From positions 53,630,001-53,694,000 of the forward strand of contig OX597824.1 in assembly GCA_951406725.2 (NCBI GenBank): a DNA stretch of 64,000 bases, given 5' to 3'. Both the position numbers and the translations under genes were made by a program. The DNA is from Octopus vulgaris (lineage: Eukaryota). The stretch's first letter is position 1; every line of letters starts with the position of its first letter. Positions 51,560 through 62,212 of this stretch are shown in pieces. The notes under the pieces were generated by a model. That model was not told the origin of the DNA. It saw only the letters and a program-made list of their open reading frames with translations, and ran no database searches.

Positions 51560-51815
51560 CAACTTATGGATATTACAATTTCACATTTTTATTAATTATA
51601 CAAATAGGAACATGAAAATCAAACAAAACAATATACATCAATATGCAAATTAATAATAAAATAAAATAATACAAATAAACTGCTCCTTACAGCTGTTTCA
51701 GCCTATGGTCAAGAGACAATCCAACTTAAATTGCCTATAGATGCCATTGTAATATAGTCCTAGGCATTAAAGATTATATTTGTCTGTTTAAATAACCAAA
51801 GGCCTCGTCAGGCCT

Positions 51816-51868
<53 letters not shown>

Positions 51869-53110
51869 TACATATATACACTTACATATAAACACACATA
51901 CATACATTGATATATACACACATATATTCCTACATACTTACAGACCAGTGCAAACATCACCTATACAAAAGTTTACTGAAGTCCATATATAATATCCAAT
52001 ATACAAGAAGATAACATAAAATAATACTTAAAACTATCACATGCATGTACACAAATAGACATACATGAATATATAAAAAAATAAATAAATAAATATAAAA
52101 AATATATATATATAATGGCGGTGCCCCAGCATGGCCACAGCTCGTGAGCTGAAACTAGATAAAATAAAATAATAAAATAAAATAAATATATACACATGCA
52201 TCCACACATATACAAATCTATTAGTAACCACAATATGTTCAGTACATTGACTCATACTAAGTGTATAACCATATACTGAAAACCAAAATTGAATACGACT
52301 CAATATACATCAATATAAAGGTATAATTACGAACAAGTACCAGCATATAAAAAATACAAATATGTACATACAGAAAAACACAATAATACTAAAGACCACC
52401 ACATGCATGCACACAAATAAACCTACATGAATAAATAAAAATATATATATATATACGCATGTATCCACACATATACAAATCCAATAGTGACCACAATATG
52501 TTTAGTACATTGACTCATACTATGTACATAACAATATACTGAAATCCAAAAGTAAATACATATCAATATACATAAAAATAAAGACCAGTATAAAAATACC
52601 AATATGCACACCAAAAAAAAAACTTTATATCAAAATATATAAATACACAAATATTCATATACAAATACTTATATTATACATATTATACACTTATACATAG
52701 ATGTACAAAAATAATATGCCCATAACTCATTACCATTTAGTATTCTTAAATAAATAAAGTAAATAAGCCTTTAACAACTAATTATGTCTATTTTGAATGG
52801 TATTTAGAACTAAGTATTATTTGTATCTAGAGAAAGTATACGCTAGTCTATGAAGGCATAAAACATTTTGTTCCTTAAGATTGTTAATAATAGGTAAATT
52901 AGCCTTAATTAAAAAGAAAATCTCATTAATGCATAATGAGCATTTTCTAGGAATGTAAACACTGTGAAATCTAATATGCATATAACAGGGACTTATATTT
53001 TGTGGAACTGACCTTACCTGGACTAGTAATTCGGACTAAATGTTTTGGATACTAGAATTTAACCTATTCGTGTTAGCAGATGCATTAAGTATTATTTAGA
53101 TACTTGAAGA
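51560..53110 (-). mobile_element. Penelope-like element 3' fragment
   Basis: Minus-strand KCSLCINEIFFLI...INNLKEQNVLCLHR near 52830-52950; hammerhead core CTGACGA-GGCCT..AGGCT-GAAAC-AGCT-GTA at 51683-51811. Confidence 0.7.
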
Positions 53111-53799
53111 ATTTTAAGTCAAATGAATCAACACCAGTATTTATTTTTACTTTTTAAGCCTATCGATCACTTTCAGGAAACCACTAAGTTACCAATAAAA
53201 ACACCAACATCAGTTGTCAAGCAGTAGTGGGAACAAACACAAAGTTACACACACACATATATATATATATACACACACACATATGACAGGCTTCTTTCTA
53301 CAAAATCCACTCACAAGGCTTTGGTCGATCCTAAGGTACCACTTGATGGGCCTGAACCCAGAACCATTAAGATGGGAAGCAAGCTCCTTACTACACATGC
53401 ACCTGCACATATATTAAAATATATACATATATAAATGCACACAAATATACAGACACACACACACACACATATGCTATTTTATTAAAGCTGAAAAAATCTC
53501 CACAAACTGTTACTTACTCATCAGACAGTTGTGATAATCTATATTTATATATATTTCGCTTAAGCATTGCAAGACTAATAACCTAGTGTAGAACTTAACT
53601 GAGTGCTTGAATAACACCTTATAGCTTCATCAAAGCCTTGAATATGAAGTACAGTGTATTTTGGAAAAGAATAACATTTATGCATATATGAATCCACTGC
53701 ATCTTATAACAGAAACAACTAAGTTATTGAAATTCATAAGATAATCATTTATTCCTTCATCATCTTATTTTCTTTGATATATATACATATATATATATA

Positions 53800-54765
53800 T
53801 ATCATCATCATCATTTAACGTCCATTGTCCATACTGGCATGGGTTGGACAGTTTGACCAGGGTTGACAAGCTGAGGAGCTGCACAGACACCAGTATGATT
53901 TGGCATGGTTTCTACAGTTGGATGCCCTTCCTTCTGTGAGGCCCAACACTCAAAAGGTGCTTTTTACATGCCACCAGCATGGGTGCCAGTTACATGACAC
54001 CGGCATCAGCCACAACTTCAATTTCACTTGGCTTGACGGGTCTTCTCGAGCACAGTATATCGCAAAAGTCTCAGTCACTAGTCATTACCTCCATAAGATC
54101 CAACATTCAAAAATCATGTTTCACCACCTCATCCCATGTCTTCCTAGGTGAACCTCTTTCACAGGTCCCCTCCACAGTTAGCAATCAGCACATCTTTACA
54201 CAGCTGTCTTCATCCATATGCATCACATGACCATACCAACACAGTCATCTCTTTTGCACACTACATCTGATGCCTCTTATGCCCAACTTTTCTCTCAGAT
54301 GCTTATACTTTGTTGTACATGCACACTGAAATTGCAAATACAGTGAAGCATGCTAGCTTAATTTCTTTCAAGCCTACACAGGTTCTCAGCAGTCACAGCC
54401 CATGTTTCACTGCCATGTAGCATAGCTGTTTGCAGACAGGCATCATACAGTCTGCCTCTCACTATATATATATCATTATCATCATTTAACATCCATTGTC
54501 CATGCTGGCATGGATTGGATAGTTTGACCAGGACTGGTAAGCTGAGGGGCTGCATCAGTCTCCAATCTGATTTGGCATGATTTCTATGGCTGGATGCCCT
54601 TCCTAATACCAACCACTCTGAGAGTGTAATGGGTGCTTTTACATGCTGCCGGTACACATGCCAGTTGTGTGACATCAGTATCTGTCACGACTATGATTTC
54701 ACTTGATGGGTCTTCAACTCAAGCACAGCATATTGCTGAAGGTCTCAGTCATTTGTCATTGCCAA
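53800..54765 (-). mobile_element. Two RTE LINE 3' fragments
   Basis: GRLYDAC..TAMLHGSETW motif and two (ATC)n/CCATGCTGGCATGG tails. Confidence 0.75.
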
Positions 54766-55077
54766 ATATATAGACAAGGTCCATTCCTGAAGTTTTCAAA
54801 CATTTTCAGGAGAGACATTTATTTACTTCATAGAAATACTAAATTCTAATCTCCTTCAAAGTGGAATCCACTAACTTCAATGCACTTGTAGTGCTCCATC
54901 CACTTCGTGACAGCTCTATGGACATTTTCCAAAGTGTCTAGGACCCTTGATGATAGTAGGAATAATAATGATGAGCATAAAATTAACAATAACATATTTA
55001 GTTATAATAAAAAATTTGTTGCCATAATAACAGCAATAATTGTTAATATTAATAAATTTGACAATAAAATTCAACAT

Positions 55078-55490
55078 AGGCGCAGGAGTGGCTGTTTGGT
55101 AAGTAGCTTGCTAACCAACCACATGGTTCCGGGTTCAGTCCCACTGCGTGGCATCTTGGGCACGTGTCTTCTGCTATAGCCCCAGGCCAACCAATGCCTT
55201 GTGAGTGGATTTGGTAGACGGAAACTGAAAGAAGCCTGTCGTATATATGTATATATATATAAGTGTGTGTGAATATGTTTGTGTGTCTGTGTTTGTTCCC
55301 CTAGCATTGCTTGACAACCGATGCTGGTGTGTTTACGTCCCCGTAACTTAGCGGTTCGGCAAAAGAGACCGATAGAATAAGTACTGGGCTTACAAAGAAC
55401 AAGTCCCGGGGTCGATTTGCTTGACTAAAGGCGGTGCTCCAGCATGGCCGCAGTCAAATGACTGAAACAAGTAAAAAGAGTAAAAAAAAA
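55078..55490 (+). mobile_element. Young full-length tRNA-derived SINE
   Basis: A box TGGCTGTTTGG, B box GGTTCAGTCC, core GCCTTGTGAGTGGATTTGGTAGACGG, internal (TA/TG)n, tail GCATGGCCGCAGTCAAATGACTGAAAC; CpGs retained. Confidence 0.9.
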
Positions 55491-56079
55491 GAGAAAAGAG
55501 TATATATTATCTTTTAAAAATTATAACAGATCATGCTTCACCGCCTGATAACATATATTATCTTTTAAAAGATAATATATGTTAATAAATAACATATATT
55601 ATTTTTTTCAAAAGATAATATATGTTAAAAATTAAAACATATATTATCTTTTAAAAATTATAACCAAGTACAATAATAAAAATGAAAATAATTACAAATC
55701 AAGTAAATGATTCAATAGGAAAATTATATAGTATAAAGCTCCCATTAGCATTCATGTATCTACTAAATTGCCTTCTTTAATCTTTCATGCATTAAAGAAA
55801 CATTTTCCTCCTAATAATACCATAAAATATTCAAAAGACACATAATAAAATTCTCTTATTCTGCAACATCTAACTTAAGTGATATTATATTTTTCTTAAA
55901 CTATAAAAAAATAAATATCATTAATAATTATTATACTAATAATAATAACAATAATAGAAATAAGATGAATACCACTTCTATTCTAAATACTACTACTAAT
56001 AATAATAATAATAGATTATGATGATGAATATTCATAACGGTAGCAACTTGAATAATAATAATGATCATAATAATTATGA

Positions 56080-56655
56080 AAATGATGGTGAAGCATGATC
56101 GTTGAACGTTGAGCCTCACGGAGGTTATGACAAGTGATTAAGACCTCTGCCAATATGTTGTGCATGAGAAGACTCATCAGGCCAAGTGAAATCGTAGTTG
56201 CAGTCGTGCCAGTGTCATGTAAATGGCACCTGTGAATCATAGTTGACAGTGCCATATAAATGGCACCCAGGAATTGTGGTCATTGGCAGATCCATGTAAA
56301 TGGCGCCCGTGAGCATGCTCATCAACAGTACCATGTAAATAGCACCCATGAATCATGGTCATTGCTGATGCCATGTAAATGGCACCCACGAATCGTAGTT
56401 GTGGTCATTGCCAGTGCCATGTAAATGGCACCCATGAATTGTAGTCATAGTCATCGCTGGTGTCATGTAAATGTCATCCATGCCAGTGGCACATAACAGC
56501 ACCCATTACACGCCTTGGTGTTAGGAAGGGCATCCAGCTGTAGAAACCATGCCAGATTAAACTGGAATCTGGTGCAGCTCTCCAGCTCATGAGCTCCAGT
56601 CAAATAGTGTAATCCATGCCAGCATGGAAAGCAGATGTTAAATGAGGATGATGAA
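56080..56655 (+). mobile_element. RTE 3' end containing a ~40-nt minisatellite (56212-56495)
   Basis: About seven CATGTAAATGGCACC units, then AGGAAGGGCATCCAGC...AAATGAGGATGATG tail. Confidence 0.7.
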
Positions 56656-57624
56656 AATGGATCTAATAATAATAATAACATTCTATATTTTTGAGGTGAT
56701 GAGCTTATATTATGTACACTGTTTACTGTCAGACTGGTATCCTCATCTTCATTGTCGCTTTCACTATGTTTCAGCAGTTGTATGCTGCAGCCTTCTTCAG
56801 GTGCCTTGTGGTTCACCATAGTGACTTGCCTGGGATTGAACTCAGCTATGCCTGTAGGCAGTGACAGATTGAACTTCATAAATAAATATCTTCATTGGCC
56901 AACATAACTTGAGTGACAAGCACTCCAGTAACATTACTGACACAGGATGATCATCTTCACCAGCAACATTGGTGACCCTTGACTCAAAAACAGGCCAGTA
57001 AAGTCACAAAAATGGTGACACTCAAGCATACATCTTCACCTAGGAATATTTGGTGATATTCAACTCAGGAAAAAGCCAGCAAAAACTGCAACAACAGACG
57101 CAACTCATCACCTCTACATCAGTGAGGGAAGATCAGAGGGGGCAGACATTGCTGCTTATTAATTTTACCACCACAACTCCTACCTGTTGAAGCTATGATA
57201 TTGTAAGGTTGTTAGCATGACTTTTAACAGCTTAGGCATATCTTTCGTCTGTGCAAAATAACAGTCAAAAATAACTTTCAACATTGAGGAAAGTTTCTTC
57301 TCTCAAATGAATGATTCCAAAGCAAATTTTATCCAGAAACTTTCTGAGTTCATTGCAGTTCATCTTTTCATATCCTTTCATATGTGTGGTTCCATATGTG
57401 TGGTTCCATATGTGTTTAAAAATGGCAATTTCACATGGTATTACTGATATTCTCTCTTTGAATACTTCTAATGAAGATACTTATCCTCCTACTTTCATCT
57501 CTTCCATTTCCTTTGAACTGACAATTTTTTTGTAAGACAACTGGAAATAAAATTCAGCTTCTGGTAGATTTGTGCAATGGCACTTGTCTTGTTATTTTAC
57601 ATATTCAAATTCGTGTGGCCGAAG

Positions 57625-57887
57625 CACATTTAATGGAATGATGATGTACCCAAGAGTCGTCCATTGCTGGGATTTAAGCAAAAAATACTGTCCGTATTTT
57701 AAACTCTGATTTTTAAAAAAATTTTGAAAAAGAGTGGAACAATTAGGATTTATGAGGTGGAGGCCTTAAAAAATTCAAAAAGAAATTGTTTTCATAATGG
57801 TATGAATTCCCATGTACAACAGAAATTCGCAAAAATTTTCTGAAATATCTGAAAAACCCTAGACGCATCATCATTCCATTAAATGTG
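57625..57887. mobile_element. MITE with 22-bp terminal inverted repeat
   Basis: CACATTTAATGGAATGATGATG ... CATCATCATTCCATTAAATGTG. Confidence 0.7.
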
Positions 57888-58834
57888 TTTACGGAAAGGA
57901 AAATATTGAAAAGCATCAATATATGTCAGAGTGACAATGAAACAAGGAAGGTATCGGGTGGTCGTGAGTTGTGTTAAAAAATAACAGCTAAATCGCACTT
58001 AAATCACACAAAATTTTTTTTCATAATCGTATGAATTCCCGTGTGTAGAACACAAAGTTTCAAAAATAAATAAGCTATGAGGGATTATATGGGGTGTTTA
58101 AACCAGAATTCCGCCAGATTGGCAACTTTCGTAGCTCCTGTTCTACGACAATATTTCTTTTTCGTTTCGGTATTTCTGGAAAAAGCCATGTTTTTAAACA
58201 TTCCTCATTTCATTAAAATTATGTTGTAACTCTGCACGTCATACAAGTCGCTGTATTTATACAGGATTTTAACTGAAAAACTAGGCTATAACTTATACTC
58301 GAGAGTAAAGCTAAAACTATGAAGGAAAAACATTTGTACCAAGGTTTAACACTAAATTAGGGTGTGACTTATACACGAGTAAATACACACACGTGTGTGC
58401 CTCCTTTATACTGCTCTAAAAAGCGTTACTGTAATTACACCACCCTCACACAGTAGTCAATTGCGACAACAAACTATGTCTAAAATATACAGAAAAGTAA
58501 ACAAAATTACATAGAATTATATTAGAAATTGTCACCACACTAATCAGAGGGTGTCTATAAGAGTCATCAAGCTTGCTAGAAATAGCAATCAAATCGCATC
58601 AACCGTTCAGAAAATCGACACATTCGATGTGTTCCTGGTGCACTCTAAGGAAAAAAAGGTACGGTGGAGGGCGAGTTACGATTATTTTTGCCGTAATTAA
58701 TTAATCGGACAATTAATCTCATCATGTGTGATATTGTTCTTATTTACAACAGAGAATAACAGATGTGCTAGTCAGATGTCAATACTGATCAATCACTATT
58801 CACCAGCAGAAATTGATAAACAAGAAAAACTTAC

Positions 58835-58890
58835 TTTTGAAGGTCTTTAACAACAACATTCACATCAATGGTGCTAAATCGACCCTTCAT
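58835..58890 (-). CDS. NEMF: NEMF coding exon 1 (MKGRFSTIDVNVVVKDLQ)
   Basis: ATG at 58890-58888, donor GTAAG at 58834; matches the NEMF N-terminus MKxRFSTID. Confidence 0.93.
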
Positions 58891-59100
58891 GTTGTATTTA
58901 GGATGATGTTGTTCTTATTATAATTATATAAATTGTTTTAAAAATACCAAAACAATCCAAGTAAATTTCTAGCGGGTGAAATACACCGGTTATGAAAGAC
59001 AACTCACATTAATTCTAGATGAGATTTTAATTGGTAAAAACAACAAAGTCTGCAGCCAATCACTGCTCTGCAGCTGCTGCCACGAAGGGTAACTCTGTTA
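58891..59100 (-). promoter_or_regulatory. Probable NEMF 5'UTR and proximal promoter
   Basis: Unique sequence directly upstream of the ATG with CCAAT motifs in both orientations (ATTGG ~59030, GCCAATCA ~59056); TSS cannot be fixed. Confidence 0.4.
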
Positions 59101-59532
59101 CGATATTTGCTTTAAATATCTTGAGTATATAAAACTGAATGTAATTCTCTTTAAAAAGACTTTTGATGGCTGTCTGCAAAATAAATATCGTAATAAACCA
59201 AAACTACATAATAATATTAGATTAAAATTTTTTTTTTAGTATTTCGGTCTACTATTTTTAAAAAGGAATATAAATGTTATACTAAATATTGGTTTCAGAT
59301 TTTGGTCCAAGGTCAGGAAGTTCGTAGGGATGGGAAAGTCAATTACATGAGCCTCGGTGCACAACTGGTACTGAAAGGATGAAAGGCAAAGTCAGCCTCG
59401 GCAGAATTTGACAGATAAAAATGCCTCTAAGTATTCTGGTCAGCATGCTAGCACGTTTACCAGCAAACTGCTTTAATGTTATACTTAATATTATTTCTTT
59501 ATATAAGGTGGCAAGCTGGTAGAACCAATACC

Positions 59533-59764
59533 TATTTCTTTATTACCCACAAGGGGCTAAACACAGAGGGGACAAACAAGGACAGACATAGGTATTAAGT
59601 CGATTACATCGACTCCAGTACGTAACTGGTACTTAATTTATCGACCCCGAAAAGATGAAAGGCAAAGTCGGCCTCGGCGGAATTTGAACTCACGACGTAA
59701 CGGCAGACGAAATACCGCTAAGCATTTCGCCCGGCGTGCTAACGTTTCTGCTAGCTTGCCGCCT
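59533..59764 (-). mobile_element. Young Meta-type SINE with 13-bp TSD, nested in an older copy of its own family
   Basis: TAGAACCAATACC at 59520-59532 and 59765-59777; tail GTCCCCTCTGTGTTTAGCCCCTTGTGGGTAATAAAG. Confidence 0.9.
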
Positions 59765-60368
59765 TAGAACCAATACCATGCTGGACAAAATGCTTAGTAG
59801 TATTTCATCTGTCTTTACTTTCCACTGAGGTTGACTGCTTTTCATCTTTCAGAATGAAATAAATACCAGTTAAATACTGAGATCAGTGTACTTCACTAAA
59901 CCTCCCCACCAAAATTCAGGCCTTGTGGCTGTAGTAGAATGGATTATTTCATGCCCGAATTTCCAGAAACAGTAGATGGGGCTTATAATAACGTACTTGC
60001 TTCACTTGACGTTCCAGTAATTTCAAATTTGGTCAATAGTTCACTTCATCTTTCTTCTCAACATGGACTTATATATCTATATATATCATTATCATCATCA
60101 CCATCATTTAACGTCCGTTTTCCATGCTAGTATGGGTTGGACGATTTTGGCTGAGGGCTGGTGAACCAGATGGCTGCACCAGACTCTAATCTTGATTTAG
60201 CAGAGTTTCTACAACTGGATGCCCTTCCTAATGCCAACCACTCTGAGAGTGTAGTGGGTGCTTTTTACGTGACCTTGGACCAAAATATATATATATATAT
60301 GTGTGTGTGTGTGTATATATATAAGTAAATAAATGGAGTTGAACACAGAAGCTATTCAAATTCTTTTA

Positions 60369-60451
60369 CTTTCGACATATGTTTCAAAGACAACATTGGT
60401 TTTATTCCAAAGGAATAAACGTTGTAAAATGTAATCTTCTCATCAGGAAAG
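60369..60451 (-). ncRNA. Minimal type I hammerhead ribozyme motif
   Basis: CTTTC-CTGATGA-GAAGA...TCTTT-GAAAC-ATAT-GTC^GAAAG. Confidence 0.7.
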
Positions 60452-60763
60452 AAAGAGAACCTATCTCAACAACAAGACATTATAACAATTTTGATGACTG
60501 CGTAAATGATAAACAGAACGCTATTAAGTATTTTTAAAAAACCGTTAGCAGATTCGACGTCAAAGGCAGAACGTTTTTTCAACCAATATATCCCTCTTTA
60601 TTTGTTCTCTACTTATTATTTCTTTACCCCTTCTCTTCCTAGTGTCTGCCTTTGACGTTGAATCTACTAATGGCTTTTAAAAAATACTTAATAGCGTCCG
60701 GTTTATCATTTATGCAGTCATCAAAATTGTTATAATGTCTTGTTGTTGAGATAGGTTCTCTTT

Positions 60764-60846
60764 CTTTCCTGATGAGAAGATTGCATTTTACACCGTTTAT
60801 TCCTTTGGAATAAAACCAATGTTGTCTTTGAAACATATGTCAAAAG
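60764..60846 (+). ncRNA. Minimal hammerhead motif (one stem I mismatch)
   Basis: CTTTC-CTGATGA-GAAGA...TCTTT-GAAAC-ATAT-GTC^AAAAG. Confidence 0.6.
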
Positions 60847-61245
60847 TAAAAGAATTTGAATAGCTTCTGCATTCAACTCCATTTATTTACTTATACTACG
60901 CAAATTATTGCACAGTTTCTACCTTTGAATAGGTCGCTACATCCTTGTTACTTGCATGAATTTTGCTACCCTGGTAACTGTTTATTGAATTTTCCATGTT
61001 AACGGTAAACAAAGGATAATTCATTCATCCATTAATATATATAGATGTGTGTATTTTTCCCTTGTTTACAATTAATACAGAAAAAATAGATAAATAGTTA
61101 CCAGGGTGGCAAAAAATCACACAAGTAAAAGGGGCATAACACTTTGTTTTTAAAGGTAGAAACTCCGGGTTTAATTGAAATATTTTGTATAATATATATA
61201 AATAAATAAATGGAGTTAAACGCAGGTATTACTCAAATTCCTTTA

Positions 61246-61332
61246 CTTCCGACACATGTTTCGAAGATATCATTGGTATTATTCCAAAGGAGTAAAATGA
61301 TGTAAAATAATGTAATCTTCTCTTCAGAGAAA
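61246..61332 (-). ncRNA. Minimal hammerhead motif in Penelope pLTR
   Basis: TTTCT-CTGAAGA-GAAGA...TCTTC-GAAAC-ATGT-GTC^GGAAG. Confidence 0.65.
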
Positions 61333-62115
61333 TGAAGAAATAAAACTCGTCAATCAGACATTTTAACAGAATATGATGGATATGTAAAGTGATGAACTGA
61401 ACGTTATTAAGATTTTTTTAAAAAACGTTAGAGGATATAACGTCAAAGCTAGCCTATAGAAAGAGGAAGGGTAAAGAGGAAAAAAATCAGAAATCAAATA
61501 AATGAGAAGTATAGAACTATATGTAAATTAAATGAAACCCTAAAGTTCTAGAAAAAGATATATCTTGTGAAAGTGAAATGTAAGAAGAAAATCAATGTTT
61601 AAATTATATATAATGATAGATATCACTTATATGAACTAAAGGTGTGTTTCTGCTGATGTTTACATTGGTAAGCATGCTCTGTAACTGTGTTTATAAGGGG
61701 ATTTTTAGAAAAAAGAATAAAAAATAGTTCAGAATTACAGAGAAGACAGAATTCCTTGCCTTTATCATAAGGGAACAAAAATGAGAGATTCAACCAATCT
61801 AAATTAAATTGTTTATTATGGTCTTTTAGATACCAAATTAATTTACTAAGCCCTGTACTGTTACGTTTATTCCTATTCCTAAATGTAGAGTAATGATTAG
61901 AAATTCTTTTGGATAACTGACAAGAAGAACTACCTATATAATAAAAAAGACATCGGTACTTGAAGTAATTTTACACGAGTATATAGAATTTTTTATTTTA
62001 GAATTACTTGACATAAACTTAATTCTGTTGGAATTGACTTCAGAGACAATAACCCTGTTATTAATATTTCTAAGGGTATTAGCTAAATTAATGTTAGTAT
62101 TAGTAAATGTGTGAA

Positions 62116-62212
62116 GGCGCAATGGCCCAGTGGTTAGGGCAGCGGACTCGCGGTCATAGGATCGCAGTTTCGATTCCCAGGCTGGGCGTTGTGAGTGTTT
62201 ATTGAGCGAAAA
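62116..62212 (+). mobile_element. tRNA-derived SINE head fragment inserted in the Penelope element
   Basis: TGGCCCAGTGG A box, GTTTCGATTCC B box; no complete cloverleaf acceptor stem. Confidence 0.65.

Larger units (their letters stand above)
2786..58890 (-). other. NEMF: NEMF gene body (coding exons 1-15; continues beyond left edge)
   Basis: 15 manually spliced exons give 441 codons + 2 nt, MKGRFSTIDV...[15 protein letters not shown]...[12 protein letters not shown]...[11 protein letters not shown]...IDIDLGLSAYANSK, collinear with human NEMF as recalled; all junctions GT-AG with matching phases. Confidence 0.96.
60320..61000. mobile_element. Penelope-like inverted pLTR pair (~250-bp arms)
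   Basis: 60320-60570 is the reverse complement of 60645-60895; related to the pLTR at 61050-61500. Confidence 0.8.

Noticed and set aside
56212-56495. CRISPR-like repeat-spacer array
   Set aside because: Eukaryotic context, degenerate repeats, mutually related spacers, inside a LINE 3'UTR, no cas genes.
62116-62190. tRNA gene
   Set aside because: Has A and B boxes but no proper acceptor or anticodon stems and continues into SINE-like sequence.
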